From contig JAZJYB010000067.1 in NCBI GenBank assembly GCA_040390685.1, positions 10,375 through 71,017 of the forward strand: a stretch of DNA of 60,643 nucleotides, given 5' to 3'. Positions 44,496-54,121 of this stretch are shown here, piece after piece. Position numbers and translations under genes: made by a program. The stretch comes from Pseudomonadota bacterium (GTDB lineage Bacteria; Pseudomonadota; Gammaproteobacteria; Burkholderiales; Burkholderiaceae_D). Positions within the stretch are counted from its first letter, which is position 1. Every line of letters begins with the position of its first letter. The notes under the pieces are model-generated. The model had not been told where the DNA came from. It made no database searches and saw only the letters and a program-made list of their open reading frames with translations.

Positions 44496-44746
44496 ATTGT
44501 CTCCGATCAGGATTTGAATGTCAGCACGGCGGGGTAAAGCCGGCTATTTTTGGTGGTTTGGTGTGAAATTGCAAAACGGTGACAAGTATCAATGGCGTAA
44601 ATGGCCTATGTCAAGAAGCGCGTCCCCGAATGCAAAAAAACCCACAGGCGGATAAAAAAGCTGCAGATTAATGACAATGAAGTTGAACTAGTTTTTAATT
44701 GTTCGGTCTGATGCCGCCAATTCTATCCTGTCAATTATTAAAAAAA

Positions 44747-45058
44747 TCAAAGATGAAAAGCATAACGTAATAACATCCCTAGCAACAAGGCGCCGGTAGC
44801 GACGTATTCAACCGTTTTGCGCAAACCAGCAGAACCAAGTTTCGCGTTCTCGTAAGCCAGACGTTCAGCTCCTACACGTTTGCCAAGAACCAGCGGTTGC
44901 AGAAACCAATGCACGCCAAAGCCCAATATGCCAACGCCGCACAAAAACGCGCCCAACTGATGCAGCTGACTTGCCTGCCACATTTGGTGTATGCCGATAC
45001 CAACACCAAATAATAACAAGCAGATTCGAGAAACGAGATATGTCTTTATTCGTTGCAT
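44747..45058 (-). CDS. Hypothetical membrane protein
   Basis: 103 aa with three hydrophobic segments. Confidence 0.6.
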   Translation of the reverse strand: MQRIKTYLVSRICLLLFGVGIGIHQMWQASQLHQLGAFLCGVGILGFGVHWFLQPLVLGKRVGAERLAYENAKLGSAGLRKTVEYVATGALLLGMLLRYAFHL

Positions 45059-45071
45059 TCAATTTCCAAAA

Positions 45072-45252
45072 TTAAACCGAGAATTTTCATTAGGATTTGA
45101 GATGATGACGGATGCACTTTTCGAGTCAGTTTTGACGTGAATGAGGCGCCCATGGCGAGCCATGGGCAACGAAGAACGTCAAAAATGACCGAAAATGCGC
45201 CGTCAGCGCTCAAATAGCACCTTCGGTGCGCCTAATGGAAAATCTCGGTTAA
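45072..45252. mobile_element. MITE-like long palindromic element
   Basis: Terminal IRs aaccgagaattttcattagg / cctaatggaaaatctcggtt with TTAA at both ends and nested internal IRs; overlaps rmuC stop codon. Confidence 0.7.
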
Positions 45253-46724
45253 AGGTCGCCATCCACATCAGTGCCAATGTCGCCATCGATCCCTAACAAA
45301 GTTTGCGCGGCCTCGTTTGGCAAGGCTTCCACTTGCTTCAACTTCTTCGTCATTTGACGCGTGCGCACTTCGGCTTTATCGATATTGTCGGCAGCTTTCA
45401 CCAGGGCGTTTCTGGTGGCGGCAAGCACGTCACCAAATTTACCAAATTCTGTCTTTACCGCGCCCAATACTTGCCAGACTTCTGAGGAACGTTTTTCCAA
45501 GACCAAAGTACGAAATCCCATTTGCAAACTATTTAGCAAGGCCGATAAAGTCGAAGGGCCAGAGATAGAAACACGGTGAGTGCGCTGCAAATCATCAGCT
45601 AGACCCGGCCTGCGCATCACTTCAGCATACAGGCCTTCGGTCGGCAGAAACAGGATCGCAAAATCTGTTGTCAAAGGCGGTGACAGATATTTCTCGGCAA
45701 TGGTCTTGGCTTCCGTGCGAATCGCGCGTTCCAGCTCTTTACCGGCTTGTGCCACGCCCTCGGCATCGGCACGTTCAGCAGCATCAATCAATCGCTCGTA
45801 TTGCTCTTTGGGGAACTTGGCATCAATCGGCATCCAGACTGGCGCCCTGTCATCCTCCTTGCCAGGCAATTTAATCGCAAACTCAACTCGCTCGCCGGTA
45901 CCCGGTACGGTCTCGACATTCTTGGCGTATTGGTCTGGCGTGAGCATTTGCTCTAGCACCATCTCCAACTGCACTTCACCCCAGGTGCCGCGCGTTTTGA
46001 CATTGGTCAGCACACGTTTCAGATCGCCGACACCGATTGCCAGTTGCTGCATCTCACCCAAGCCCTGATGCACTTTTTCCAGGCGGTCAGATACCTGTTT
46101 AAATGACTCACCTAGCCTTTGCTCTAAAGTCGCATGGAGTTTTTCATCGACAGTCTTGCGCATTTCTTCCAGCTTGCTGGCGTTGTCGGCTTGCAGCTGC
46201 TGGATTTTCTGCTCTAAGGTCGCGCGAATTTCTCCCATGCGCAGCGCATTCGATTCGGTCAATGTCGTCAAGGTCTGGTTTAGCGTATCGCCAAAACGTT
46301 TCAGGCTACTGGCTTGTTCATCCCGCGCGGTCTGGCTTTGCTGGATCAGCGCCTGGCGCATTTGTTCGAGTTGCTGGGCGTTGGTTTCATTGAGCTTGAC
46401 TAGCTGCTGCGAGAACGCATCGAGCTGCATATTTTGCAGCGTCGCGACGCTGGTGAGTTGTGCTGCCAGCGCTTGCTGAAACTGCGTGAAGTTTCCGCCC
46501 AATTCCTGCCGCGTTGCCTGCGCCGTTGATTGCACTTGCTCGCGCAAGGAACGCTCGGTGCGTTCTTGCGCCTGTTGTTGATTTTGCTGATCTTGTTGCA
46601 AAAAGGTTTGCAGATCGCGCAACTGGGTACTGGCGTCCACGTTTCGGCTACGCAGCAACGCAAGGACATTAAGTATCACAAGCACGGCAAGTGCGGCGAA
46701 AATAAGAATTTCTGTTTGGTTCAT
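45249..46724 (-). CDS. rmuC: DNA recombination protein RmuC
   Basis: N-terminal TM, coiled coil, KTRGTWGEVQL, IDAKFP, FAILFLPTEGLY. Confidence 0.93.
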   Translation of the reverse strand: MNQTEILIFAALAVLVILNVLALLRSRNVDASTQLRDLQTFLQQDQQNQQQAQERTERSLREQVQSTAQATRQELGGNFTQFQQALAAQLTSVATLQNMQLDAFSQQLVKLNETNAQQLEQMRQALIQQSQTARDEQASSLKRFGDTLNQTLTTLTESNALRMGEIRATLEQKIQQLQADNASKLEEMRKTVDEKLHATLEQRLGESFKQVSDRLEKVHQGLGEMQQLAIGVGDLKRVLTNVKTRGTWGEVQLEMVLEQMLTPDQYAKNVETVPGTGERVEFAIKLPGKEDDRAPVWMPIDAKFPKEQYERLIDAAERADAEGVAQAGKELERAIRTEAKTIAEKYLSPPLTTDFAILFLPTEGLYAEVMRRPGLADDLQRTHRVSISGPSTLSALLNSLQMGFRTLVLEKRSSEVWQVLGAVKTEFGKFGDVLAATRNALVKAADNIDKAEVRTRQMTKKLKQVEALPNEAAQTLLGIDGDIGTDVDGDL

Positions 46725-46780
46725 ATTTGAATATTATTTTTATTAAAAAATTTCCGAGACTCAGGCGCGCAGGAATTTAA

Positions 46781-47197
46781 CTACTCCGCTTTATTCCGCA
46801 TCCAATCGGCGGTCTGATAAAACGAAGTCATTAAATGCTGTTGCAGTCCCTCTGCTATGCCCACATCCTGCATCGCCCAGGCCATGCAGCGCAACCATTG
46901 ATCACGTTCACTGACACCGATAGAAAAAGACATATGCCGGGCTCGCAAACGAGGATGACCAAACTGTTCAATGTAAAGATCAGGGCCACCCATCCAGCCA
47001 GACAAAAACCAAAACAGCTTATCGCGTGAACCATCCGTAGATGGCGGATGCAAAACCCGTATGCCTGAGAACTCGGGTTCGAGCGCCATTAAATCATAGA
47101 ATCTATCCACCATCTCACGCAGTTTTTCCGCACCGCCAATTAACTCGTAAAGATTGGATTTCTCTTCTTCAGTCACTTCTTTCAATTCAATACTCAC
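46781..47197 (-). CDS. Group II truncated hemoglobin
   Basis: LYELIGG, VDRFY, MGGPDLY, GHPRLRARH, ERDQWL. Confidence 0.92.
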   Translation of the reverse strand: MSIELKEVTEEEKSNLYELIGGAEKLREMVDRFYDLMALEPEFSGIRVLHPPSTDGSRDKLFWFLSGWMGGPDLYIEQFGHPRLRARHMSFSIGVSERDQWLRCMAWAMQDVGIAEGLQQHLMTSFYQTADWMRNKAE

Positions 47198-47234
47198 GCT
47201 GTGCTTCTCATAAAAATTGTGGAACGGTCAAAAC

Positions 47235-49733
47235 TCAAGCTTCGCGCAAACTCAACAATGGTGGTTGATTCAGCACATTGCGTAAACCCAACCATCCACC
47301 GATCACAGCGCAGATTGCACCAACCAGGAAACCAGCCAACCAGACCATAGGTGAAAAAGTCCACTCAAAGTTAAAGCTAAATTTTGCCAAGGCCCAGCCT
47401 ATGGCGGAGGCGCCACTGGCGGCGAGTACACCAGCCAGACCTCCTATCAATAAAAATTCTATCCACTGCGCCTGCGAGAGTTGTTTGCGCGTGGCACCCA
47501 GTGCACGCAACAAGGCCGCTTCACGTATGCGCAGGTCTTGCGAGCCAGCCAGTGCCGCATACAACACCAAAACACCAGACGCCAAAGTGAACAAAAACAA
47601 AAACTCGACGGCAGTGATGACCTGATCCAGCACCCCGGTGACTTGCTTAATCATGGCACCAACATCGACTACCGTTAAATTCGGATAATCCAGTGTCAGT
47701 TGATTGACGAATTTTTTGTCTGACTCAGGCGCGCGGAAAGCCGTGATCCAGGTTTGCGGCATATCGGCCATAGCCTTTGGATTGATGACAACAAAAAAAT
47801 TCACACGCATCGAGCCCCAATCCAGCTTACGTATGCTGGTCACCGCTGAAGTATTTTTTTGCCCGGCGATATCAAAAGTAATCGTGTCGCCGAGCTTGAG
47901 ATTAAGCGTCTTGGCGATGCCTTCCTCTATCGATGCTTCAGCTCGTGTCGCGCTGGAATCGTCATACCATTTGCCCGCGGTAATTTTATTCAAGGCTGGC
48001 AGATCGTTCATGGTAGAGAGATTAAATTCGCGGTCAACCAACTGCTTTGCCCGGCCATCGAGAAAGCTATCTGCCCCCAGCGCTTTGCCATTGATCGCGA
48101 TGAGCCTGCCGCGTATCATCGGATACAGCGCTGGCTGGGTAAACTTTTGCAAACGCGCTGTGATTTCTGCTTTTTGATCAGGTTGAATATTAATCACGAA
48201 CTGATTCGGCGCATCGGCCGGCGTGGATTTTTTCCAGGCTGCGATTAAGTCCCCCCTGACTACCGTCAATAACAGCAAGGCCATCAAACCCAATGAAAGC
48301 GAGACGATTTGAATAACCGTGGCACCGGGCCGACGCTGCAAGGCAGTAATCGCGAAGCGCCAAGCCGAATGATCGATCAGTCCGCGCAAGCGTTTTAAGG
48401 AAGCCACCGCCAGCCAGCCAATAAATGCAAAACCCAGCATGCCAATCAGAAAACCGGCGGCCGTCAAGAGGCCAAGTTTGATATCGCCTGCCTGCCACAG
48501 CAACAAACCGACAAACATGCTCAAACCCAGAACATAGGTGGCTACAGTCAATGGTTGAGGCGCATCCTGCTCGCGCCGTATCACACGGTTATGCGGCACA
48601 TTACGCAACTGCAGAATCGGCGGCAAAGCAAAACCTACCAGCAACAACAAGCCAGTAACGAGACCTTGCAAGGCGGGCAGAAAACTGGCGGGCGGCAAAT
48701 CATTGCTGACCAATTTACCCAACCATTCCAACAACCCGTAATGGCCAAGAAAGCCGCACACCACACCCGCCGCGCTTCCAAGTACACCGAGTATCAAGAA
48801 TTCAATCAGATACATGCCCGTGACCTGATTTTGCGTCAGCCCCAGGCAACGCAACATCGCACAAGCGTCGATATGGCGCAGCATAAAGCGGCGCGCAGCC
48901 ATGGCCACCGCAACCGCTGCAAGTAAGGCTGAGAGCAAACTGACCAGGGATAAAAACTGCTCTGCCCTATCCAGCGTGGCACGCATTTCGGGCCGGCCAT
49001 TTTCTAGAGATTCCAGCCGCACACCTTTAAGTTTTGCCGATTCGATTTCTTGTTTCAGGCGAACTTGGAAGGATGCAATTGTTTTCGGCGCACCCGACAA
49101 CAATAGACGATACGTCACCCTTGAACCGTTTTGTATCAGATTGGTCGCGGCCAAATTATTCATGGAGATCATCACGCGCGGCGCAAAATTCATAAACGAG
49201 GCGCCACGGTCCGGTTCTGTCGCAATCACCTGGGCGATGGAAAACTGCTGGTCACCGAGCTTGATCTGATCGCCTGTCTTGAGATTCAAAGCCAGCAACA
49301 AGGAAGGATCCACCCAGGCCGTGCCGCTTGCAGGCACCTCTTTGGTCAAGACTTCGGCTTCAGACTTTAACAACTTCAGATTACCGCGCAAAGGATAGGC
49401 CTCGGTCACGGCCTTGAGCGAGACCAAACGCGAGACCGCATTCTCGCCACTTCCTGCGATTGCCATACTAGGGAACACGACAGTTTCCGCCATGTTCAAA
49501 CCGAGTTTTTTCGCTTCGGCACGCCAGACCGGATTCACCGGCTGATCGGCGCTGACCAGCAAATCCGCACCAAGCAACTGATGCGCATCGCGGTTAAGAC
49601 CGTTGCGCATACGGTCTACAAAAAAACCAACGGATGACAAGGAGGCGACCGCAATCATCAAGGCGACCAGGAGAAAACGCAATTCGCCAGCACGCCAATC
49701 ACGCTGTGTCATTTTCAATGAGAGTGTTAACAT
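47235..49733 (-). CDS. ABC transporter permease (YbbP/FtsX-like)
   Basis: RDWRAGELR, LLGADL, YPLRG, two FtsX-type TM blocks. Confidence 0.9.
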   Translation of the reverse strand: MLTLSLKMTQRDWRAGELRFLLVALMIAVASLSSVGFFVDRMRNGLNRDAHQLLGADLLVSADQPVNPVWRAEAKKLGLNMAETVVFPSMAIAGSGENAVSRLVSLKAVTEAYPLRGNLKLLKSEAEVLTKEVPASGTAWVDPSLLLALNLKTGDQIKLGDQQFSIAQVIATEPDRGASFMNFAPRVMISMNNLAATNLIQNGSRVTYRLLLSGAPKTIASFQVRLKQEIESAKLKGVRLESLENGRPEMRATLDRAEQFLSLVSLLSALLAAVAVAMAARRFMLRHIDACAMLRCLGLTQNQVTGMYLIEFLILGVLGSAAGVVCGFLGHYGLLEWLGKLVSNDLPPASFLPALQGLVTGLLLLVGFALPPILQLRNVPHNRVIRREQDAPQPLTVATYVLGLSMFVGLLLWQAGDIKLGLLTAAGFLIGMLGFAFIGWLAVASLKRLRGLIDHSAWRFAITALQRRPGATVIQIVSLSLGLMALLLLTVVRGDLIAAWKKSTPADAPNQFVINIQPDQKAEITARLQKFTQPALYPMIRGRLIAINGKALGADSFLDGRAKQLVDREFNLSTMNDLPALNKITAGKWYDDSSATRAEASIEEGIAKTLNLKLGDTITFDIAGQKNTSAVTSIRKLDWGSMRVNFFVVINPKAMADMPQTWITAFRAPESDKKFVNQLTLDYPNLTVVDVGAMIKQVTGVLDQVITAVEFLFLFTLASGVLVLYAALAGSQDLRIREAALLRALGATRKQLSQAQWIEFLLIGGLAGVLAASGASAIGWALAKFSFNFEWTFSPMVWLAGFLVGAICAVIGGWLGLRNVLNQPPLLSLREA

Positions 49734-49766
49734 TTTTTCCTTGCGGGTTGATAAATCGATTTACTG

Positions 49767-49932
49767 CTTAGCTCCCTTCTCCCGCTAGCGGGAGAAGGGC
49801 CGGGGATGAGGGTGATTGAGCAACGCATACAGTCAATAGAAAAAAACATTTAGCGCTCCAGATAAATATGAATTTCAGTATCTGAACCACCCTCACCCCA
49901 ACCCTCTCCCGCGAGCGGGAGAGGGGGCTAAG
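49767..49932. repeat. Inverted pair of REP-type palindromes
   Basis: ctcccttctcccgctagcgggagaagggccggggatgagggtg and caccctcaccccaaccctctcccgcgagcgggagaggggg in opposite orientation around an AT-rich spacer. Confidence 0.8.
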
Positions 49933-49933
49933 A

Positions 49934-51175
49934 TCAAAAATCCAAAGCCGCAGCAAAATCACCCAGCAAATCTTGCGTGTCTTCTATTCCAACCGAGACA
50001 CGTATCAAGGAATCCGCGATCCCCATCGCAGCACGGCGTTCTGCCCCCATTTCAAAGAAGATGGTGTGTGCCACCGGAATCACAAGGGTGCGGGTATCCC
50101 CCAGATGAGTGGCATTGATGGCCAGCTTCAGTCGATTCAAGTAATCAAAACAATCGATCTCTGGCTTCAATTCAAAACTGAACAATGCACCGTAGGCTTG
50201 GAACAATTCGCTGGCCAGCGTATGTTGCGGGTGCGATGGTAAGCCTGGGTAATGCACCACCGCGACTCGTGAGTCAGCCTCTAACATTTTCGCCAGCGCC
50301 ATCGCATTCGCGCATTCCCGCTCCAGCCGCAATGCGATGGTCTCCGCACCAACCGCAATCTGGTGCGCAGCATCGGGCGCCAACGAAGCGCCAAAATCAC
50401 GCAAGGCTTTGGCGCGCACTTGCGCCATACCTTGCTGTGCGGATGGCTGTTTCCTGAAATTATCGGCAATATTCGGGAAAGCGCTCCAGTCAAAAAGACC
50501 GGTGTCAGTAACCGCACCGCCCAGGACGTTGCCATGACCCGCAATCGACTTGGTCAGGGAGTTCACCACCAAACCTGCGCCCACTTTTTTCGGTTGGAAC
50601 AGATACGGCGAAGTCATGGTGTTATCGACGACGTACAAAATACCCCGCTCGCGACAAAGATCACCGATGCGTTTCAGGTCAGCAATCTGGGTACGCGGAT
50701 TGGCGATGGTTTCAACGAATACCATGCGCGTAGCCGGGGTGATCGCGGCAGCAACATTTGCCACATCGGTCGCATCGACAAACGCCACATCTACGCCCTG
50801 TGACTCCACGGTTTGCCACAGACTATTGGTATTACCAAATAAGAATGAAGATGAAACAACCTGATCGCCATTGCGCAATAAGGCCTGAAACAAGGCACCA
50901 ATCGCCGCCATCCCAGTCGCGAAGCAAATGCTGGAAGCGCCATCCTCCATCTTGGTGATTTTCTCTTCCAAAGCCGACACGGTAGGGTTGCCCTGACGGC
51001 CATATCGATAGCCAGATTGTTTGCCCTGAAACACTGCAGCAAGATCGCGCGAATCGGCATAACCAAAAGTGACCGATGTATGGATAGGTTTATGCGGCGA
51101 ACCGTGCTCGATGTCTTTTTGACGGTCGCTATGAAGTATGGTCGTGGTAAAGCCGTAGGATGGGTGTTCGCTCAT
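49934..51175 (-). CDS. Cystathionine gamma-synthase / sulfhydrylase family PLP enzyme
   Basis: YGRQGNPT, ATGMAAI, VDNT, SLTKSIAGHG, IRVSVGIED. Confidence 0.9.
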   Translation of the reverse strand: MSEHPSYGFTTTILHSDRQKDIEHGSPHKPIHTSVTFGYADSRDLAAVFQGKQSGYRYGRQGNPTVSALEEKITKMEDGASSICFATGMAAIGALFQALLRNGDQVVSSSFLFGNTNSLWQTVESQGVDVAFVDATDVANVAAAITPATRMVFVETIANPRTQIADLKRIGDLCRERGILYVVDNTMTSPYLFQPKKVGAGLVVNSLTKSIAGHGNVLGGAVTDTGLFDWSAFPNIADNFRKQPSAQQGMAQVRAKALRDFGASLAPDAAHQIAVGAETIALRLERECANAMALAKMLEADSRVAVVHYPGLPSHPQHTLASELFQAYGALFSFELKPEIDCFDYLNRLKLAINATHLGDTRTLVIPVAHTIFFEMGAERRAAMGIADSLIRVSVGIEDTQDLLGDFAAALDF

Positions 51176-51494
51176 GATGGAAAAGAGGTGCTCTTGGTGT
51201 TTGAGAATGGGAGAAGTTTAACCTAGAAACGCATTTGAGCATTTGAAACATCCTTTGATGCTTGGGCAAAATTCATATGGGATTTATTTGACATTCTTCC
51301 TATTTCCCTTTCATCGAATTGAAATTCAACTTACTTTCGCACAGCGCAAGAATGTTTATTGGTAAAAAAATAAATGCATTGCGTTATAAAAAATTACTTA
51401 CTACTATCACCACTAAAATTTTTTAAATTTTCTTCCTTATTCCAAGTTGGAACAGATTTGATGGATTACGACAAATAAATCATGCGGGTAAAAA

Positions 51495-52199
51495 ATGACT
51501 AAACTAACTTTTTCTTTAATCGGTAAATGCATCTTATTGAGTGCGCTGTCCTGCGTGCTGCAATCTTGTTCTGCCCAATACTCTGCTGAGTCTATTACCG
51601 GTTGGGTAGTCGATGCCGACACCGGGCGACCTCTGGAAGGCGTGAATGTGACCGCTAATTGGAGGGTTGAAGAAGGTAACTTAGCCGGGACAAACGGTGG
51701 TGGTGACATCCAAATCATGGAAACTGTGACCGACCAGACTGGGCGTTATCAGTTCCCCGCCTGGGGTCCCAAGCGCTTACCGCCCAAGAAAAACGGGTGG
51801 TGGGTAGATCAATATATCGGTAATGGAGACCCTGAATTAGTGTTCTTCAAAAGGGCTTACCGATTAGAAAGCCGAAGCAATGTGCTGGTCATGGAACACA
51901 ATCGGTCTTTGCTACGGCGTTCCGATTGGAATGGCAAAACGATCAAATTAAAATCTCTTGGAGCCAGCGCAGAAGAAAATATCGACAATTTATGGCGTGC
52001 CGCAGGTGCGCTCAGTTTCGCACTTCATGCTGATAGATGCGAATGGCAGAAGATTCCCCGCATGCTGGCAGCCCAACTCAAAGAAAATGAAAAATTCACG
52101 AAACCAAATAATTTTATTGTAATGTTAACGATTTATAGCATTCCTACGGATCTCCAATGTGCTTCACCACAAGAATTTCTTAAAGAATATTTAAAATGA
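51495..52199 (+). CDS. Lipoprotein with carboxypeptidase-regulatory-like domain (paralog 1)
   Basis: Lipobox LQSC; GWVVDADTGRPLEGVNVTANW...TDQTGRY. Confidence 0.75.
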   Translation: MTKLTFSLIGKCILLSALSCVLQSCSAQYSAESITGWVVDADTGRPLEGVNVTANWRVEEGNLAGTNGGGDIQIMETVTDQTGRYQFPAWGPKRLPPKKNGWWVDQYIGNGDPELVFFKRAYRLESRSNVLVMEHNRSLLRRSDWNGKTIKLKSLGASAEENIDNLWRAAGALSFALHADRCEWQKIPRMLAAQLKENEKFTKPNNFIVMLTIYSIPTDLQCASPQEFLKEYLK

Positions 52200-52259
52200 A
52201 TAAAAAGCTATGCCGCACTACTCTGTGCATTTTTCTAAACAACATTCCTTAAGATTGAC

Positions 52260-52964
52260 ATGCGATTACAGTTAAGCAAAGTAATGTACCTAGCCATCGC
52301 GACATGTTTGATACTGGCCGGATGTGTGCATACCGCAGAACCGATTGAGGCCTGGGTGGTGGACGCAGACAATGGGCAGCCAATCAGCGATGTGGTGGTC
52401 GTGGCAAACTGGCAAATGAAAGGCGGCATGGAAGGCGGCAACGATGTAGGGCAACTCATGGTGATGGAGACGGTAACGGATAAGAAGGGGCGATTTTTCT
52501 TCCCGGGCTGGGGTCCAAAAATCGCGTGGGCCGGAAGGGTCAAATCAGATCGGCCGCAATTTCTAATCTTTAAAACTGGATACAAACCGCAGTCTTTGTC
52601 CAATTACCCGCTGATCGATGACCCTCATGCGCATGACATCGTGTTGAAATCGGAATGGAACGGCAAGACCATCAAGCTCGGCAAACCTGCCGCAGAGCCT
52701 AAAGATCGTCTTTGGGAGTTTGTAGAATTTAACATTGACGTGCAAACGGTAACAGGTTCTTACGAGGCATGCGAGTGGAAAAATATTCCCAAGATGCTAA
52801 GCGAAATTCACATACAAAGACTAGCGCTGATCGAGCAACGTATTACAAACGATGTTAACGATATTCGTTCTATCGACAAATACATTTTAAGCGTTGCAGA
52901 GTCTTATGCGCGCGAAGGCAATTCAAAATGCGGCTCTCCGAAAGACCTTTTTAAATCAAAATGA
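52260..52964 (+). CDS. Lipoprotein with carboxypeptidase-regulatory-like domain (paralog 2)
   Basis: Lipobox LAGC; WVVDADNGQPISDVVVVANW...TDKKGRF. Confidence 0.75.
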   Translation: MRLQLSKVMYLAIATCLILAGCVHTAEPIEAWVVDADNGQPISDVVVVANWQMKGGMEGGNDVGQLMVMETVTDKKGRFFFPGWGPKIAWAGRVKSDRPQFLIFKTGYKPQSLSNYPLIDDPHAHDIVLKSEWNGKTIKLGKPAAEPKDRLWEFVEFNIDVQTVTGSYEACEWKNIPKMLSEIHIQRLALIEQRITNDVNDIRSIDKYILSVAESYAREGNSKCGSPKDLFKSK

Positions 52965-53638
52965 TGAAAAAACATTGGAAAAAAATATTATTGGTACTGA
53001 GTGCACTTCTGATACCGCTCTGGGTATTCAGCGATCCACCAGTTTACTTCGCTAAAGAGATTCGCGGCCAAATCGTGGATGCAGAAACTGGTCAAGCGCT
53101 GAAAGGGGTCGTCGTGGTCGCCACTTGGCAGGTGTATGCAATTGGCATTGGATCGGGTGGCTATGGCGGATCAATCAACACCATTGAGGTGCTGACCGAC
53201 CAGAATGGGAAATATTTCATCCCCGGTTGGGGGCCGCGCCCGCGTCCGCTCTTGACCTATCTCGATTCCAGGGATCCTGAATTGAGATTTTTTAAGCCGA
53301 ATTATTATCCGGATGGTAGATCGAACGCATTGCACAGCTACGAGAATCGAGATATCAGTATGGTGCGCACCTCGGAATGGGATGGCAAGGTGATCAAGCT
53401 AACCCCTTTCAAGGGGAACAATTGGCATGACTATTCAAATAAACTTGATTCAATCTGGAGTCCATTTGGTGATTGTCTTCGTGAGTGTCCGCGTCTGGTG
53501 TTGACGTTGGATAAGGAAAGCAAACGTATCATGATACTGGCTCCAAAGGAACCTTTCATTCCTCAAATTCTTAATATAGACAACTTTTTCGAAGCTGATC
53601 GGAAATTTTTAATGAGGTTTAAAGATGAGAACAAGTAA
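52961..53638 (+). CDS. Exported protein with carboxypeptidase-regulatory-like domain (paralog 3)
   Basis: Hydrophobic leader without lipobox; GQIVDAETGQALKGVVVVATW...TDQNGKY. Confidence 0.75.
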   Translation: MMKKHWKKILLVLSALLIPLWVFSDPPVYFAKEIRGQIVDAETGQALKGVVVVATWQVYAIGIGSGGYGGSINTIEVLTDQNGKYFIPGWGPRPRPLLTYLDSRDPELRFFKPNYYPDGRSNALHSYENRDISMVRTSEWDGKVIKLTPFKGNNWHDYSNKLDSIWSPFGDCLRECPRLVLTLDKESKRIMILAPKEPFIPQILNIDNFFEADRKFLMRFKDENK

Positions 53639-53747
53639 GCTTTTTGCATTGTCTTTAATGCTCCTTTCAAACAGTGTTGGGTACTTCCACGAAGCGGATA
53701 TGCACAAAGTTATATCAAAAAAAGCAGCAAAAACTCGAGAACGATGA
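53625..53747 (+). pseudogene. 40-codon stub resembling the start of a secreted protein
   Basis: GAGG RBS, start overlaps paralog 3 end; MRTSKLFALSLMLLSNSVGYFHEADMHKVISKKAAKTRER*. Confidence 0.4.
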
Positions 53748-53830
53748 AAATCAGCCATTTAGATTTCGCTGGTAAAATGTAATTCTCAATCGCTTACCAT
53801 GTCGATGAGTCTCAATAAAGAAAGGCACCC

Positions 53831-54121
53831 ATGCGCCCCTCGCTCGCGCTTGATCTCAAGCGCATTGCTGTCCGTGAAATGACGAGCCGTTTTCGTACTG
53901 CTAACCCACGCATCTTCGGTTCGGTACTTCATGGTACCGACCAAGATGGCAGCGATCTAGATCTGTTGGTTGATGCACTGCCTGAAGCAACGCTGTTCGA
54001 CTTGGGCGGCCTGCAAGTTGAACTGGAAACACTACTTGGCATCCATGTCGATCTATTGACCCCTGCCGACTTGCCTCTGAAATTCCGCGCTCAGGTACTT
54101 GCAGAGGCGCAGCCAATATGA
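53831..54121 (+). CDS. Minimal nucleotidyltransferase antitoxin (MntA-like)
   Basis: FGSVLHGTDQDGSDLDLL (GS-x10-DxD); 96 aa. Confidence 0.9.
   Translation: MRPSLALDLKRIAVREMTSRFRTANPRIFGSVLHGTDQDGSDLDLLVDALPEATLFDLGGLQVELETLLGIHVDLLTPADLPLKFRAQVLAEAQPI

Noticed and set aside
49768-49962. 64-aa ORF LSPLSRSRERVGVRV
   Set aside because: Translation of the REP palindromes, not a gene.
41356-50958. Numerous 60-180 aa antisense ORFs within the amidohydrolase, rmuC, permease and sulfhydrylase genes
   Set aside because: Shadow frames of well-supported genes, with no motifs or RBS.
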